From the NCBI GenBank assembly GCA_965203445.1, contig OZ241883.1:1888001-1952000 (forward strand): DNA of 64,000 nucleotides. The letters run 5' to 3'. The translations under genes were made by a program, and so were the position numbers. Under the pieces are notes generated by a model. The model was not told the origin of the DNA. It ran no database searches and was given only the letters and a program-made list of their open reading frames with translations. The stretch is from Candidatus Oxydemutator sp. Its GTDB lineage: Bacteria > Pseudomonadota > Gammaproteobacteria > Poriferisulfidales > Oxydemutatoraceae. Positions within the stretch are counted from its first letter, which is position 1, and each line of letters opens with the position of its first letter. Positions 1-18,038 of the stretch are shown piece by piece.

Positions 1-3325
<3,325 letters not shown>

Positions 3326-3399
3326 CTGAGTAGGCGCCGGATTTTGCGCTGCCCGGATCGGGGTACGGTGTTCCAATGCGCCTGGGACGCGCATGTCCT

Positions 3400-3428
3400 T
3401 TTACTTCTGGTTGACTTCCAGTTATAAT
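3400..3428 (+). promoter_or_regulatory. Putative sigma70 promoter of the str operon
   Basis: TTTACT (3400-3405), 17-nt spacer, TATAAT (3423-3428) in an AT-rich gap upstream of rpsL. Confidence 0.6.
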
Positions 3429-3493
3429 AACTGGCTACTTTGTCCTTTCCCGCCGAGGCGCGGGAGAGGCCGTATTTGTCAACGTTCAAGGAC

Positions 3494-3868
3494 ATGGCGA
3501 CTATCAACCAGCTGGTGCGCAAGCCCAGAAAGCGCAAGATGGAAAAGAGCGGCGTGACCGCGCTCGAGAGCTGCCCGCAAAAGCGCGGTGTCTGCGTCCG
3601 CGTCTATACGACGACGCCGAAGAAACCGAACTCGGCGTTGCGCAAGGTCGCGCGCGTGCGCCTGACGAACGGCTATGAGGTCACCACCTATATCGGCGGC
3701 GAGGGGCACAACCTGCAGGAGCACTCGGTCGTGTTGATTCGCGGCGGGCGCGTCAAGGATCTGCCCGGAGTGCGTTATCACACCGTGCGCGGCAGCCTCG
3801 ATACGCAAGGCGTCGAAGGCCGCAGGCAGGGACGCTCCAAATACGGCGCCAAGCGCCCCAACGCATAA
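3494..3868 (+). CDS. rpsL: 30S ribosomal protein S12
   Basis: [10 protein letters not shown] start, [20 protein letters not shown]; AAGGA RBS before ATG 3494. Confidence 0.99.
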   Translation: MATINQLVRKPRKRKMEKSGVTALESCPQKRGVCVRVYTTTPKKPNSALRKVARVRLTNGYEVTTYIGGEGHNLQEHSVVLIRGGRVKDLPGVRYHTVRGSLDTQGVEGRRQGRSKYGAKRPNA

Positions 3869-3880
3869 AGAGGCCGCCCG

Positions 3881-4408
3881 ATGTCGCGCCGCAAAGAAGT
3901 TCCGAGAAGGCAGATCACGCTCGATCCGAAATACCAGGATGAGACGGTCGCCAAGTTCATCAACCTGGTGATGCGCGCCGGCAAAAAGTCGGGTGCCGAG
4001 AAGATAGTGTATCGCGCCCTGAACAAAGCATCCGACAAGGCGTCCGAGGCCTTGCCCGAGGCGGCGTCCAAAGAGGTTCCCGCGGGCGCCGCCGGCGGCG
4101 TCGCCGAGGAACTGGAGATTTTCAAGACCGCGCTGCAAAACGTGAAGCCGCGCGTCGAGGTCAAGTCGCGGCGCGTCGGCGGCGCCACCTACCAGGTGCC
4201 GGTCGAGGTGCGTCCGGTGCGCCAGTTGACGCTGGCGATGCGCTGGGTCATCGAAGCCGCGCGCAAGCGCGGTTCGCAATCCATGATCGAGAAGCTGGCG
4301 GCGGAGTTGGCCGACGCCTACGCCAACAAAGGCGCCGCGGTCAAGCGGCGCGAGGACACGCTGAAAATGGCCGAGGCCAACAAGGCCTTTTCCCACTACC
4401 GGTGGTGA
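3881..4408 (+). CDS. rpsG: 30S ribosomal protein S7 with an internal Ala/Glu-rich insertion
   Basis: [29 protein letters not shown]; str operon position. Confidence 0.99.
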   Translation: MSRRKEVPRRQITLDPKYQDETVAKFINLVMRAGKKSGAEKIVYRALNKASDKASEALPEAASKEVPAGAAGGVAEELEIFKTALQNVKPRVEVKSRRVGGATYQVPVEVRPVRQLTLAMRWVIEAARKRGSQSMIEKLAAELADAYANKGAAVKRREDTLKMAEANKAFSHYRW

Positions 4409-4409
4409 C

Positions 4410-6509
<2,100 letters not shown>

Positions 6510-6521
6510 CCAGGAGCGACC

Positions 6522-7712
6522 ATGTCGAAAGAGAAATTTGAGAGGACGAAGCCGCACGTAAACGTAGGCACGATAGGCCACGTGGATCACGGCAAGACGA
6601 CGCTGACGGCGGCGCTGACGAAGGTGTTGTCGGAGAGTCAGGGCGGGGAGTATCGTTCGTATGATCAGATAGACAACGCGCCGGAGGAGCGCGAGCGAGG
6701 GATCACGATAGCGACGGCGCACGTGGAGTATGAGTCTGCGGGTCGTCATTACGCGCACGTGGACTGTCCGGGGCACGCGGACTACATCAAGAACATGATA
6801 ACGGGCGCGGCGCAGATGGACGGGGCGATATTGGTGGTGAGCGCGTCGGACGGACCGATGCCGCAGACGCGGGAGCACATATTGCTGGCGCGTCAGGTGG
6901 GGGTGCCGCACGTGGTGGTGTATTTGAACAAGGCGGACATGGTGGACGACAAGGAGTTGATGGAGTTGGTGGAGATGGAGGTGCGGGAGTTGCTGACGAG
7001 TTACGAGTTTCCGGGGGAGGAGGTACCGATAGTGTCGGGTTCGGCGCTGAAGGCGTTGGAGGGAGACGAGGGTGAGCACGGATCGGGTTCGATCATGAAG
7101 TTGGTGGGGGCGATGGATGAGTATATTCCGGAGCCGGAGCGGGCGGTGGACGGTGATTTTCTGATGCCGGTGGAGGACGTATTTTCGATTTCGGGCCGGG
7201 GCACGGTGGTGACGGGTCGTATAGAGCGTGGAGTGGTGAAGGTGGGAGACGAGGTGGGTATAGTGGGCGTGCGCGAGACGACGTCGACGACGTGCACGGG
7301 AGTGGAGATGTTCAGGAAGTTGTTGGACGAGGGACGCGCGGGGGACAACGTGGGGGTGTTGCTGCGCGGGACGAAGCGCGAGGAGGTGGAGCGGGGTCAG
7401 GTATTGTGCAAGCCGGGGTCGATCACGCCGCACGTGGAGTTTGAGTCGGAGGTGTACGTGTTGTCGAAGGAGGAGGGTGGTCGTCACACGCCGTTTTTCA
7501 AGGGTTATCGTCCGCAGTTTTATTTTCGGACGACGGACGTGACGGGCGAGGTGGAGTTGGAGTCGGGAGTGGAGATGGTGATGCCGGGGGACAACGTGAA
7601 GTTCAAGGTGAGGTTGATAGCGCCGATAGCGATGGACGAGGGACTGCGATTTGCGATCCGCGAGGGCGGGCGCACGGTCGGCGCCGGCGTCGTCACCAAG
7701 GTTATCCAATAG
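6522..7712 (+). CDS. tuf: Elongation factor Tu
   Basis: [26 protein letters not shown]; 396 aa. Confidence 0.99.
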   Translation: MSKEKFERTKPHVNVGTIGHVDHGKTTLTAALTKVLSESQGGEYRSYDQIDNAPEERERGITIATAHVEYESAGRHYAHVDCPGHADYIKNMITGAAQMDGAILVVSASDGPMPQTREHILLARQVGVPHVVVYLNKADMVDDKELMELVEMEVRELLTSYEFPGEEVPIVSGSALKALEGDEGEHGSGSIMKLVGAMDEYIPEPERAVDGDFLMPVEDVFSISGRGTVVTGRIERGVVKVGDEVGIVGVRETTSTTCTGVEMFRKLLDEGRAGDNVGVLLRGTKREEVERGQVLCKPGSITPHVEFESEVYVLSKEEGGRHTPFFKGYRPQFYFRTTDVTGEVELESGVEMVMPGDNVKFKVRLIAPIAMDEGLRFAIREGGRTVGAGVVTKVIQ

Positions 7713-7736
7713 GCGCACCGCGACGGGTATAGACGC

Positions 7737-8063
7737 ATGGCGCAGACCGACCAGACCAGCCAGAGTATCCGTATCCGCCTGAAGGCGTTCGACTATCGCC
7801 TGCTCGACAAGTCGGTGCGCGAGATTATCGAGACGGTCAAGCGCACCGGCGCCCGCATCAAGGGGCCGATTCCGCTACCGACGCGCATCGAGCGCTTTAC
7901 CGTGCTGATTTCTCCGCACGTGGACAAGGACGCGCGCGATCAGTACGAAATCCGCACCCACAAACGCATCATTGATATTCTCGACCCGACCGAAAAGACC
8001 GTGGACGCGCTGATGAAGCTCGATCTCGCGGCCGGCGTCAACGTGCAGATCAAACTGAGCTGA
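7737..8063 (+). CDS. rpsJ: 30S ribosomal protein S10
   Basis: [25 protein letters not shown]. Confidence 0.99.
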   Translation: MAQTDQTSQSIRIRLKAFDYRLLDKSVREIIETVKRTGARIKGPIPLPTRIERFTVLISPHVDKDARDQYEIRTHKRIIDILDPTEKTVDALMKLDLAAGVNVQIKLS

Positions 8064-8069
8064 GGGGGG

Positions 8070-8705
8070 ATGATGGCGCTCGGATTGATAGGCGAGAAGA
8101 TCGGGATGACGCGCGTATTTTCGGAGGATGGGCGCTCGCTGGCGGTCACCGTCGTGCACGCGCCGGTCAACCGCGTAGCGCAGGTCAAGACCGCCGCCAA
8201 AGACGGTTATCCGGCGATGCAACTGGTCGCCGGCGGGCGCAAGCCGTCGCGGGTATCGAAACCGCTGGCCGGCCATTTCAAGAAGGCCGGCGTCGAGGCC
8301 GGCGGCGTGATCCGCGAGTTTCGCGTCGGCGAGGACGAATTGAGGCAGGTCGGCGAGACCGTCGGCGTCGACATATTCGAGCCGGGGAGCATGGTCGAAG
8401 TGACCGGCACCAGTCGCGGCAAGGGGTTCGCCGGCGCCATCAAACGCCACCATTTCCGCAGTCAGGACGCGAGCCACGGCAACTCGCTGTCGCATCGTGC
8501 GCTGGGTTCGGTCGGCCAGTGTCAACTGCCGGGGCGCGTGTTCAAGGGCAAGAAAATGCCTGGACGCATGGGCGGCGTGCGCGTTACCACGCGCAACCTC
8601 GAGGTCGTGCGCGTGGACCTGGAGAGAAATCTGCTGCTGATCAAAGGCGCGATTGCCGGCAGCCGCGGCGGCACCGTCATCGTGAGGCGACGGCATGGAA
8701 CTTGA
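8070..8705 (+). CDS. rplC: 50S ribosomal protein L3
   Basis: [28 protein letters not shown]. Confidence 0.99.
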   Translation: MMALGLIGEKIGMTRVFSEDGRSLAVTVVHAPVNRVAQVKTAAKDGYPAMQLVAGGRKPSRVSKPLAGHFKKAGVEAGGVIREFRVGEDELRQVGETVGVDIFEPGSMVEVTGTSRGKGFAGAIKRHHFRSQDASHGNSLSHRALGSVGQCQLPGRVFKGKKMPGRMGGVRVTTRNLEVVRVDLERNLLLIKGAIAGSRGGTVIVRRRHGT

Positions 8706-9297
8706 ACTGGAGGGCGGAGGCACGATGCCGATATCCGAAGGCGTGTTCGACCGCCACTACAACGAGAGTCTTGTGCATCAGGCGCTGGTCGCGTTTCTCG
8801 CGGGCGCGCGCCGTGGCAGCAAGGCGCAGAAGAGCCGCGCCGACGCCGCCGGCGGCGGGCGCAAACCATGGCGCCAGAAAGGCACCGGCCACGCGCGCGT
8901 CGGCACCAACCGCAGCCCGCTGTGGCGTGGCGGCGGGCGCACCTTCGCGGCGCGTCCGCGCGACTTCGGCAGGAAGATCAACCGCAAGATGTACCGCGGC
9001 GCGCTGCGCTCGCTGCTGTCCGAGCTGTACCGGCGCGGCCATCTGCACGTGGTCGAGGAATGGAGCATTCCCGAACCCAGGACCAAACTGCTGGCGGCGA
9101 AGCTCAGGGCCTACGACTGGGATTCGGTGCTGATTGTGACCGCCGAATACGACGACAAGCTCATGCTCGCGGCCAACAACCTGCCGTACGTCGGCGTGTT
9201 GCCGGCGACGCGCCTCGATCCGGCCAACCTGCTGCGCTTCGGACACGTGCTGGTCACGCGCGCCGCGGTCCTCAAGATACAGGAGTGGCTCGCGTGA
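8695..9297 (+). CDS. rplD: 50S ribosomal protein L4
   Basis: [24 protein letters not shown]. Confidence 0.98.
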   Translation: MELELEGGGTMPISEGVFDRHYNESLVHQALVAFLAGARRGSKAQKSRADAAGGGRKPWRQKGTGHARVGTNRSPLWRGGGRTFAARPRDFGRKINRKMYRGALRSLLSELYRRGHLHVVEEWSIPEPRTKLLAAKLRAYDWDSVLIVTAEYDDKLMLAANNLPYVGVLPATRLDPANLLRFGHVLVTRAAVLKIQEWLA

Positions 9298-9599
9298 AAG
9301 TAACCTTGCCCGACGAGAGGCTGCACAAGGCGATCATCGCGCCGCACGTCTCCGAGAAAGCCACCAACGTCATGCGCGACAACCAGCACGTGTTCCGCGT
9401 GCTGCCCGACGCGACGCGCGCGCAAGTGCGCGCCGCGATCGAGAACGCCTTCGACGTCAAGGTCACAAAGGTCAACCTGGTGCGCGTCAGGGGCAAGCGC
9501 AAGGGTAGCGGGCGCAGCAGGGGGCGACGCGTGGACTGGAAGAAGGCCTACGTCACGCTGGCAGCCGGCAACAGCATCAACCTGACCGCGTCGGAATAA
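9294..9599 (+). CDS. rplW: 50S ribosomal protein L23
   Basis: [17 protein letters not shown]; GTG start overlaps rplD stop. Confidence 0.97.
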   Translation: MKVTLPDERLHKAIIAPHVSEKATNVMRDNQHVFRVLPDATRAQVRAAIENAFDVKVTKVNLVRVRGKRKGSGRSRGRRVDWKKAYVTLAAGNSINLTASE

Positions 9600-9601
9600 C
9601 G

Positions 9602-10426
<825 letters not shown>

Positions 10427-10427
10427 C

Positions 10428-10709
10428 GTGGCCCGTTCATTGCGCAAAGGCCCGTTCGTGGACGACCACCTGATGAAAAAGGTGCAGACGGCGCTCGACT
10501 CGAACGACAAGAAACCGATAAAGACCTGGTCGCGGCGTTCGATGGTCGTGCCCGAGATGATCGGGCTTACCATCGCGGTACACAACGGGCGCGTCCACGT
10601 GCCGATCCACGTCAACGAGCAGATGGTCGGCCACAAGTTGGGCGAGTTCGCGCCGACGCGCACCTTCAAGCAACATTCCGGCGACCGCAAGGTCAAAGGC
10701 GTCAAGTGA
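10428..10709 (+). CDS. rpsS: 30S ribosomal protein S19
   Basis: [21 protein letters not shown]. Confidence 0.99.
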   Translation: MARSLRKGPFVDDHLMKKVQTALDSNDKKPIKTWSRRSMVVPEMIGLTIAVHNGRVHVPIHVNEQMVGHKLGEFAPTRTFKQHSGDRKVKGVK

Positions 10710-11053
10710 GCCGGACGACGATGGAAGTTACCGCCAAATTGAGGGCCTGCCGGGTATCGGCGCGCAAATGCCGCCTGGTTGTAAATCGCGTGCGCGGACT
10801 TGCGGTCGGCGACGCGCTCGAACTGTTGCGCTTCGGGCGCACGCGCCCGGCGTTTTACGTGATGAAGGTTCTCAAATCCGCGATCGCGAACGCCGAGAAC
10901 AACGAGGGCGCCGACATAGACGAGCTGAGGATCAAAAGCATCACGGTGGACCAGGGGCCGACGATGAAGCGCTTTCGCGCGAGGGCCAAAGGGCGCGCGG
11001 CGAGCATCGCCAAGCGCACCAGCCACATCGCCCTGGTGCTGGGAGACGGCTGA
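10706..11053 (+). CDS. rplV: 50S ribosomal protein L22 (alternative start 10721)
   Basis: [26 protein letters not shown]. Confidence 0.98.
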   Translation: MSRTTMEVTAKLRACRVSARKCRLVVNRVRGLAVGDALELLRFGRTRPAFYVMKVLKSAIANAENNEGADIDELRIKSITVDQGPTMKRFRARAKGRAASIAKRTSHIALVLGDG

Positions 11054-11060
11054 GGACGCG

Positions 11061-11735
11061 ATGGGACAGAAAGTGCATCCGACGGGTTTCCGGCTGGGGA
11101 TTGCGACCGAATGGTCGTCGAAGTGGCTCGCCGAGCGCGGCGAATACACGCGCATATTGCACAGCGACCTTGAAATCCGCGCGTTTCTGCGACGCAAGCT
11201 CGCGCATGCGTCGGTCAGCCACGTCCAGATCGAGCGGCCGACGGACGCCGCGCGCATCGTCATACACACCGCGCGCCCGGGCATCGTCATCGGCAAGAGG
11301 GGCGCCGACATTGACGATCTGCGCCGCGAACTGGCGCGCTTGATGGGGCTGAATCTGGCGAACGTGCGCCTGAACATCGAGGAGGTGCGCAAACCGGAAA
11401 TGGACGCGACCCTGGTCGCCGAGAGCGTCGCCAAGCAGCTGGAAAGACGCATCATGTTCCGTCGCGCGATGAAACGCGCGGTGCAGAACGCGATGCGCTT
11501 AGGGGCCCTGGGTATCAAGATCGCGATCTCCGGACGCCTGAACGGCGCTGAGATCGCGCGTTCGGAATGGTACCACGAAGGGCGCGTGCCGTTGCATACG
11601 CTCAATGCGTTTATCGATTACGGTCTGGCCGAAGCCAAGACGACGTACGGCGTCATCGGTGTCAAGGTTTGGATCTACGAGGGCGACGTCGCCGGCGGAG
11701 CGGGGCGTTCCAGCGACAAGCGCGGTTTGATCTAG
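11061..11735 (+). CDS. rpsC: 30S ribosomal protein S3
   Basis: [33 protein letters not shown]. Confidence 0.99.
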   Translation: MGQKVHPTGFRLGIATEWSSKWLAERGEYTRILHSDLEIRAFLRRKLAHASVSHVQIERPTDAARIVIHTARPGIVIGKRGADIDDLRRELARLMGLNLANVRLNIEEVRKPEMDATLVAESVAKQLERRIMFRRAMKRAVQNAMRLGALGIKIAISGRLNGAEIARSEWYHEGRVPLHTLNAFIDYGLAEAKTTYGVIGVKVWIYEGDVAGGAGRSSDKRGLI

Positions 11736-11748
11736 GAGCGGTACGGTC

Positions 11749-12162
11749 ATGTTGCAACCCAAGAAAACCCGCTACAGGAAGCAGCACAAGGGCCGCAACC
11801 GCGGCCTGGCGCTGAACGGCAACAAGGTCAGCTTCGGCGAGTACGGCATGAAAGCGACCACGCGCGGGCGCGTCACCGCCCGCCAGATCGAGGCGGCGCG
11901 GCGCGCAATGACGCGCTACGTCAAGCGCGGCGGCAAGATATGGATACGCATTTTCCCGGACAAGCCGATCACGAAAAAGCCGCTCGAGGTCAGACAGGGG
12001 AAAGGCAAGGGCAACGTCGAGTACTGGGTCGCGCAGGTGCAGCCCGGCAGGATGCTCTATGAAATCGAGGGCGTCAGCGAGGACGTAGCGCGCGCCGCGT
12101 TCCGCCTGGCCGGCGCCAAGCTGGCGGTGCAGACGAGTTTCGTCGCCCGGGGCATCCTCTGA
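11749..12162 (+). CDS. rplP: 50S ribosomal protein L16
   Basis: [30 protein letters not shown]. Confidence 0.99.
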   Translation: MLQPKKTRYRKQHKGRNRGLALNGNKVSFGEYGMKATTRGRVTARQIEAARRAMTRYVKRGGKIWIRIFPDKPITKKPLEVRQGKGKGNVEYWVAQVQPGRMLYEIEGVSEDVARAAFRLAGAKLAVQTSFVARGIL

Positions 12163-12368
12163 TGAAGGCCGGGGAACTGAGACAAAAGGACGACGACGCG
12201 CTGCGGCGCGAACTGCTGGAGTTGTCCGAGGCGCGCTTCAAGCTCGGCTTGCAGGGACGCAGCCAGCAGACCAAGCATCCGCACCGCTTCCGCCGGATTC
12301 GCCGCGACCTCGCCAGGGTCAGGACGGTGCTGCGCGAGCGCCTGGGCGCGGCCGGGGAGACGAAGTGA
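12162..12368 (+). CDS. rpmC: 50S ribosomal protein L29
   Basis: MKAGELR...RRDLARVRT; position between rplP and rpsQ. Confidence 0.95.
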   Translation: MKAGELRQKDDDALRRELLELSEARFKLGLQGRSQQTKHPHRFRRIRRDLARVRTVLRERLGAAGETK

Positions 12369-12682
12369 ACGAGACGGTGAAGCCGGCGGAGTCGGGCGGA
12401 AACGACGCCGGTGCCGCCGCAAGGCGGCGCACGCTGACCGGCACGGTCGTAAGCGATCGCATGGACAAGACCGTCACGGTGCTGGTGCGGCGTCGTTTCC
12501 GGCATCCGATGTACGGCAAGTACGTGACGCGCACGACCAGGCTCAAGGCGCACGACGCGAGCAACGAATGTCGCGTCGGCGACGTGGTCGCGATCACGTC
12601 GTGTCGGCGCTTGGCGAAGTCCAAGTCGTGGCGTCTGTCGGAGATCGTCGAGCGGGCGCAGGATCGAGGGGGCGCGACGTGA
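12365..12682 (+). CDS. rpsQ: 30S ribosomal protein S17 with N-terminal extension
   Basis: [25 protein letters not shown]. Confidence 0.97.
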   Translation: MNETVKPAESGGNDAGAAARRRTLTGTVVSDRMDKTVTVLVRRRFRHPMYGKYVTRTTRLKAHDASNECRVGDVVAITSCRRLAKSKSWRLSEIVERAQDRGGAT

Positions 12683-13047
12683 TACAGATGCAGACGCTGC
12701 TGGCCGTCGCCGACAACAGCGGCGCGCGCAAGGTGCAGTGCATCAAGGTGCTGGGCGGCTCGCGCCGGCGCTACGCCAATATCGGCGACGTCATCAAGGT
12801 CAGCGTCAAGGACGCGATCCCGCGCGGCCAGGTCAAGAAGGGCGAGGTGTACAACGCCGTGGTCGTGCGCACGCGCAAGGGCGTGCGCCGCGGCGACGGT
12901 TCGCTGATCCGCTTCGACGGCAACGCCGCGGTGCTGCTCAACAACCAGCTCCAGGCCGTCGGCACCCGTATCTTCGGTCCGGTGACGCGCGAGCTGCGCA
13001 CCGAGCGTTTCATGAAGATCATCTCGCTGGCGCCGGAGGTGTTGTAG
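12679..13047 (+). CDS. rplN: 50S ribosomal protein L14
   Basis: [26 protein letters not shown]; 122 aa from GTG 12679. Confidence 0.99.
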   Translation: MIQMQTLLAVADNSGARKVQCIKVLGGSRRRYANIGDVIKVSVKDAIPRGQVKKGEVYNAVVVRTRKGVRRGDGSLIRFDGNAAVLLNNQLQAVGTRIFGPVTRELRTERFMKIISLAPEVL

Positions 13048-13365
13048 GTGAACAAGATACGCAAGGGCGACGAGGTCGTCGTCATCAGCGGGCGCGACAA
13101 GGGGCGCCGCGGGCGCGTGCTGCGCGTGTCCACTACCGACGGCAAGGTGCTCGTCGAGAACGTCAACGTGGTCAAGAAAACCATGCGCCCGAATCCGAAC
13201 ACCGGCGAGGCCGGCGGCATCGTCGAGCAGGAGCGCATGCTGGACGTCTCGAACGTGCTGTTGTTCAATTCCGAAACGGGCAAGGGCGACCGCGTGGGTT
13301 TCAAAATCGGCGAGGACGGGCGCAAGGTGCGCTACTTCAAGTCCGACGGCAGGGAGGCGTCGTAA
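13048..13365 (+). CDS. rplX: 50S ribosomal protein L24
   Basis: KOW motif [25 protein letters not shown]. Confidence 0.98.
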   Translation: MNKIRKGDEVVVISGRDKGRRGRVLRVSTTDGKVLVENVNVVKKTMRPNPNTGEAGGIVEQERMLDVSNVLLFNSETGKGDRVGFKIGEDGRKVRYFKSDGREAS

Positions 13366-13904
13366 TGGCGCAACTGGAACAAACGTACCGGCGCGAAATC
13401 GTGCCCCAGCTGATGCGCGAACTGGGACACAAGAACCCGATGCAGACGCCGCGCCTGGTCAAGATCACCCTGAACATGGGGCTGGGGGCCGCGGCCCGCG
13501 ACCGCAACGCGATGGCGGCCGCGATGGACGATCTGGCGCTGATCGCCGGCCAGCGGCCGTCGGTGACGCGCGCGCGCAAATCCATCGCTGGTTTCGGCAT
13601 ACGCGGCGGTTGGCCGGTCGGCTGCCGGGTGACGCTGCGCCGCGCCAGGATGTACGGTTTCTTCGAGCGCCTCGTGAACGTCGCGATACCCAGGATCAGG
13701 GATTTTCGCGGCTTGAGCCGCAAGTCGTTTGATGGACGCGGCAACTTCAGCCTCGGCATCGCCGAGCACATCGTATTCCCCGAAATCGACTACGACAAGA
13801 TCGAGCAGTTGCGCGGGCTGGACGTCGCGATCACGACCAGCACCGCGTCCGACGAGGAAGCGCGCCGTCTGTTGGCGGCCTTGCGCTTTCCCTTCAAGGA
13901 TTGA
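13365..13904 (+). CDS. rplE: 50S ribosomal protein L5
   Basis: [28 protein letters not shown]; 179 aa from ATG 13365. Confidence 0.99.
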   Translation: MAQLEQTYRREIVPQLMRELGHKNPMQTPRLVKITLNMGLGAAARDRNAMAAAMDDLALIAGQRPSVTRARKSIAGFGIRGGWPVGCRVTLRRARMYGFFERLVNVAIPRIRDFRGLSRKSFDGRGNFSLGIAEHIVFPEIDYDKIEQLRGLDVAITTSTASDEEARRLLAALRFPFKD

Positions 13905-13923
13905 ACCAGCGGAGACTTACGGC

Positions 13924-14229
13924 ATGGCCAAGACGTGCATGATAGAGAGAGAAAAGAAGCGGCGCCAGACCGTCGCCAAGCTCGGCAAGAAGCGCTTGGC
14001 GTTGAAGGCCGCGCTGAAGAACCCCGCGGCCAGCCGCGAGGAGCGGATGGGAGTCATCGCGCGCCTGCAGAAGTTGCCGCGCAACGCGAGCCCGTGCCGT
14101 TTGCGCAACCGTTGTCGGATCACCGGCAGGGCCAAGGGTTATTACCGCAAGTTCGGCCTGGGCCGCAACAAGCTGCGCGAATACGCGATGCTCGGCTACA
14201 TTCCCGGGCTCGTCAAATCGAGTTGGTGA
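13924..14229 (+). CDS. rpsN: 30S ribosomal protein S14 (long, non-zinc form)
   Basis: [23 protein letters not shown]; 101 aa. Confidence 0.98.
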   Translation: MAKTCMIEREKKRRQTVAKLGKKRLALKAALKNPAASREERMGVIARLQKLPRNASPCRLRNRCRITGRAKGYYRKFGLGRNKLREYAMLGYIPGLVKSSW

Positions 14230-14239
14230 GGGGCGCGCG

Positions 14240-14638
14240 ATGAGCATGAGCGATCCGGTGGCGGACATGCTGACGCGCATACGCAACGCGCAGCGGGCGC
14301 ACCTGCCCGAGGTGGCGATGCCGGCCTCGAAGATGAAGGCGGCGATCGCAAAGACGTTGCAGCGGGAGGGTTACATCGCCGGCCACCGCGAGCACGCCGA
14401 CGACGCCGGGCGCAAGCTGCTTACGATCACGCTGCGCTACTATGAAGGCAAACCGGTGATTTCGGCGATTCGGCGCGTCAGCACGCCCGGGCTGCGCGTC
14501 TATCGCAAGGGGGATCAACTGCCCGTGGTGCTCGGCGGCATGGGCACGGTGGTCGTGTCGACGTCGAAAGGCGTGATGAGCGGGCGCGAGGCCCAGGCCA
14601 CGGGACACGGCGGCGAGATCGTCTGTGAGGTCGAGTAG
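14240..14638 (+). CDS. rpsH: 30S ribosomal protein S8
   Basis: DPVADMLTRIRN, STPGLRVY, STSKGVM, GGE. Confidence 0.99.
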   Translation: MSMSDPVADMLTRIRNAQRAHLPEVAMPASKMKAAIAKTLQREGYIAGHREHADDAGRKLLTITLRYYEGKPVISAIRRVSTPGLRVYRKGDQLPVVLGGMGTVVVSTSKGVMSGREAQATGHGGEIVCEVE

Positions 14639-14642
14639 CGGC

Positions 14643-15161
14643 ATGTCGAGAATCGCAAAAAAACCGGTTGCGATTCCGCGGGGCGTCGAGGTGCGCGTGG
14701 AGGAACGCGAGGTTCACGCGCAAGGCCCGCGCGGCGCGGGCAGCGTCTCGGTGCACCAAAGCGTCGGCTTCGAACGGCACGACGACCGTATCGAATTTAC
14801 CGCCGCCGACGCGGCCATGGGCGGCACGATGCGCGCGCTCGTGGCCAACCTGATGACCGGCGTAAGCCGCGGCTTCGAACGCAGGCTCGAGCTGGCCGGC
14901 GTCGGCTTTCGCGCGCAGGTCAAGGGCGACGTGCTGAACCTGCAAATCGGTTATTCGCACCCGGTCGACTACAGGATAGACGAGGCCGTCGTCGTAGAGA
15001 CGCCGAGCGCGACCGAGATCGTCGTCACAGGCGTGGACAAGCAGAAGGTCGGCCAAGTGGCCGCCGAGATCCGCGGTTTGCGCCCGCCCGAACCCTACAA
15101 GGGCAAAGGCGTGTGCTACAGCGGAGAGCGCATCCGCCGCAAGGACGCGAAGAAGAAATAA
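14643..15161 (+). CDS. rplF: 50S ribosomal protein L6
   Basis: [23 protein letters not shown]. Confidence 0.98.
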   Translation: MSRIAKKPVAIPRGVEVRVEEREVHAQGPRGAGSVSVHQSVGFERHDDRIEFTAADAAMGGTMRALVANLMTGVSRGFERRLELAGVGFRAQVKGDVLNLQIGYSHPVDYRIDEAVVVETPSATEIVVTGVDKQKVGQVAAEIRGLRPPEPYKGKGVCYSGERIRRKDAKKK

Positions 15162-15187
15162 CGTGAACCGAAGAAATAACGTGAACC
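15152..15187. repeat. Perfect 18-bp tandem duplication spanning rplF stop and rplR start
   Basis: GAAGAAATAACGTGAACC at 15152-15169 and 15170-15187. Confidence 0.95.
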
Positions 15188-15525
15188 GCAAGACCGCCAG
15201 ATTGAGACGCGCGCGCAAGACCAGAAGCCGCGCGCGGCGTCGCGCCGTGCACCGCCTGTGCGTGCACCGCACGCCGCGTCACATCTACGCCCAGATCATC
15301 GCGCCGGACGGCGCCGGCACGCTGGCTTCGGCCTCGACGCTGGAGAAAAACATGGTCGCGCCCGGAGGCCGCAAGCAAGCGGCGAGCCGCGTCGGCGCCG
15401 CGATCGCCGAGCGCGCCCTGGCGAAGGGCGTCACCAAGGTGGCTTTTGATCGCTCGGGCTTTCGGTATCATGGGCGCATCAAGGCCCTGGCCGAAGCCGC
15501 GCGCGGCGGCGGCCTCGCCTTATAA
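15163..15525 (+). CDS. rplR: 50S ribosomal protein L18 (alternative start 15181)
   Basis: [25 protein letters not shown]. Confidence 0.98.
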   Translation: MNRRNNVNRKTARLRRARKTRSRARRRAVHRLCVHRTPRHIYAQIIAPDGAGTLASASTLEKNMVAPGGRKQAASRVGAAIAERALAKGVTKVAFDRSGFRYHGRIKALAEAARGGGLAL

Positions 15526-15539
15526 ATCTGGAGCAGACG

Positions 15540-16046
15540 ATGTCAAACGTCGAAAAAGCGGAATTGACCGACGGCCTGCTTGAGAAGCTGGTCACCATCA
15601 ATCGCGTCGCGAAGGTCGTCAAGGGCGGGCGCCAATTCGGCTTTACCGCGTTGACCGTCGTCGGCGACGGCAACGGCAAAGCCGGCATCGGCTACGGCAA
15701 GGCGCGCGAGGTGCCCGTCGCGATACAAAAGGCGATGGAGATCGCGCGCAAGCAGATGGTCGAAATATCGCTTGACAACGGCACGCTCTACTACCCGTTG
15801 ATCGGCAGGCACGGCGCTTCCAGGGTCTATATGTCGCCGGCTTCCGAGGGCACCGGTATTATCGCCGGCGGCCCGATGCGCGCCGTGTTCGAGGTGCTGG
15901 GCGTGCACAACGTGCTTGCCAAGTGCCTGGGGTCGAGGAATCCGATCAACGTGGTCAACGCGACTTTCGAGGGATTGCAGAGCATGCAGTCGCCGCACCG
16001 GATCGCCGCCAAGCGCGGCAAGAACGTCGAGGAGCTGAGGCAATGA
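15540..16046 (+). CDS. rpsE: 30S ribosomal protein S5
   Basis: [26 protein letters not shown]. Confidence 0.99.
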   Translation: MSNVEKAELTDGLLEKLVTINRVAKVVKGGRQFGFTALTVVGDGNGKAGIGYGKAREVPVAIQKAMEIARKQMVEISLDNGTLYYPLIGRHGASRVYMSPASEGTGIIAGGPMRAVFEVLGVHNVLAKCLGSRNPINVVNATFEGLQSMQSPHRIAAKRGKNVEELRQ

Positions 16047-16231
16047 GCGCAAAACGCCTCAGGGTGACGCTGGTCAGAAGCGCGGCCGGGCGCCTGCGCG
16101 CGCACAAGGCGTGCGCCGCGGGGCTAGGCCTGCGGCGCACCGGCAGCAGCGCGCTCGTCGCCGACACTCCCGAGAACCGCGGCATGATCGCCAAAATATC
16201 GTATCTGCTGGAGGTCGAGGAGCATGCGTGA
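16043..16231 (+). CDS. rpmD: 50S ribosomal protein L30
   Basis: [22 protein letters not shown]; ATGA overlap with rpsE. Confidence 0.96.
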   Translation: MSAKRLRVTLVRSAAGRLRAHKACAAGLGLRRTGSSALVADTPENRGMIAKISYLLEVEEHA

Positions 16232-16688
16232 GCGGCTGCCCGAAGGTCTGCGTCGCGGCCTCGACTTGAACGAGGTAGAGCGCGGCTATTGGCGCGCCTC
16301 GCGCAAGCGCGTCGGGCGCGGCAACGGTTCCGGGCGCGGCACCACGTGCGGGCGCGGCAGCAAGGGCCAGAAGTCCCGTTCCGGCGGCTACCACAAAGTT
16401 GGCTTCGAGGGCGGCCAGATGCCGTTGCAGCGGCGCCTGCCGAAAATCGGTTTTCGTTCGAGGAACAAGGACGACGGCGGCGAAGTGCGCCTCGACCGCC
16501 TGGAGGCCGCCGCCGGCGACCTCTTCGACCTCCAGACGTTGATCGACAAGAAGCTCGCGCCGCGTCGCGCCAAGCGCGTCAAGATCATCGCCTCGGGCCA
16601 GATCAAGCGCGCCGTTACCGTGCGCGGCGTCGCCGTGAGCGCGGGCGCGCGCAAGGCGATAGAGGCCGTCGGCGGCAAGGTCGAGTAG
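16224..16688 (+). CDS. rplO: 50S ribosomal protein L15
   Basis: [27 protein letters not shown]. Confidence 0.98.
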   Translation: MRERLPEGLRRGLDLNEVERGYWRASRKRVGRGNGSGRGTTCGRGSKGQKSRSGGYHKVGFEGGQMPLQRRLPKIGFRSRNKDDGGEVRLDRLEAAAGDLFDLQTLIDKKLAPRRAKRVKIIASGQIKRAVTVRGVAVSAGARKAIEAVGGKVE

Positions 16689-16692
16689 AACG

Positions 16693-18021
16693 ATGGCGGC
16701 TACGGCTTCGAGCATTGCCAGCATGGCGAATACGGGACGCTTCACCGAGCTGCGCAAGCGCATCGGCTTTGTGCTGATGGCGCTGGTGATCTTTCGTCTG
16801 GGTAGCTTTATTCCGGTGCCCGGCGTGGATCCGGTGCAGATGGCGCAGTTCTTCGAGCAGCAGAGCGGCACGATACTGGCGATGTTCAACATGTTCTCCG
16901 GCGGCGCGCTCGAGCGGCTCAGCGTCTTCGCCCTCGGCGTGATGCCGTACATCTCCGCGGCCATCATCATGCAGTTGATGACCGCGATCGTGCCGACGCT
17001 GAAGGAGCTGAAGAAGGAAGGCGAGCAGGGACGCCGCACGATCATGAAATACACCCGCTACGGCACCGTCGCCCTGGCGACGTTCCAGGCCGTCGGCGTG
17101 GCCGTCGCGCTGCAAGGACAGAACGTCGCGTACATCGCGGGCCCGACCTTCATCCTGACCGCGGCCATCTCGCTGGTGACCGGCACGATGTTCCTGATGT
17201 GGCTGGGCGAACAGATCAACGAGCGTGGCATCGGCAACGGCATATCCATCATCATCTTCGCCGGTATCGTCGCCGGCCTGCCGTCGGCGGCCGGCGGTAC
17301 GCTCGAGCTGGCGAACACCGGCGAATTGTCGGCGCCGCTGGTGATGCTGATTTTAGGGCTTGCCGTCGGCGTGACCGCCTTTGTCGTGTTTGTCGAAAAG
17401 GGCCAGCGCCGTCTGATAGTCAACTACGCCAGACGCCAGCAGGGACAGAGAATCTACGCCGCGCCGTCGAGCCACCTGCCGCTGAAGCTGAACATGGCGG
17501 GCGTCATCCCGCCGATCTTCGCGTCGAGCATCATCCTGTTTCCGGCGACGCTGGGACAATGGTTCGGGCGCACCGAGGGCATGGGTTGGCTGGGCCAGAT
17601 TTCCAACACGCTGGCGCCGGGGCAACCGCTGTACATTGCGTTCTACGCGCTGGCCATCGTCTTCTTCTGCTTTTTCTACACCGCCATCGTGTTCGACGCG
17701 CACGACACCGCCGATAACCTGAAGCGCGGCGGTGCCTTCATCCCCGGCATTCGCCCCGGCAACCAGACCGCCTTTTACATCGACCGCGTGCTGAGCCGGC
17801 TGACGGTGATGGGAGCGGTGTACATCACGCTGGTGTGCCTGCTGCCGGAGTTTTTGATACTGTCGTGGAACGTGCCGTTTTATTTCGGCGGCACCTCGCT
17901 GCTGATCATCGTCGTCGTGATCATGGATTTCATGGCGCAGGTGCAGAATCAGCTGTTGTCGCAGCAGTACGAGGGTCTGCTGAAGAAGGCCAACCTGAAG
18001 GGCATGAGACGGCGCCAATAA
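16693..18021 (+). CDS. secY: Preprotein translocase subunit SecY
   Basis: [36 protein letters not shown]. Confidence 0.99.
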   Translation: MAATASSIASMANTGRFTELRKRIGFVLMALVIFRLGSFIPVPGVDPVQMAQFFEQQSGTILAMFNMFSGGALERLSVFALGVMPYISAAIIMQLMTAIVPTLKELKKEGEQGRRTIMKYTRYGTVALATFQAVGVAVALQGQNVAYIAGPTFILTAAISLVTGTMFLMWLGEQINERGIGNGISIIIFAGIVAGLPSAAGGTLELANTGELSAPLVMLILGLAVGVTAFVVFVEKGQRRLIVNYARRQQGQRIYAAPSSHLPLKLNMAGVIPPIFASSIILFPATLGQWFGRTEGMGWLGQISNTLAPGQPLYIAFYALAIVFFCFFYTAIVFDAHDTADNLKRGGAFIPGIRPGNQTAFYIDRVLSRLTVMGAVYITLVCLLPEFLILSWNVPFYFGGTSLLIIVVVIMDFMAQVQNQLLSQQYEGLLKKANLKGMRRRQ

Positions 18022-18038
18022 GTTCGCGGGAGACGATT

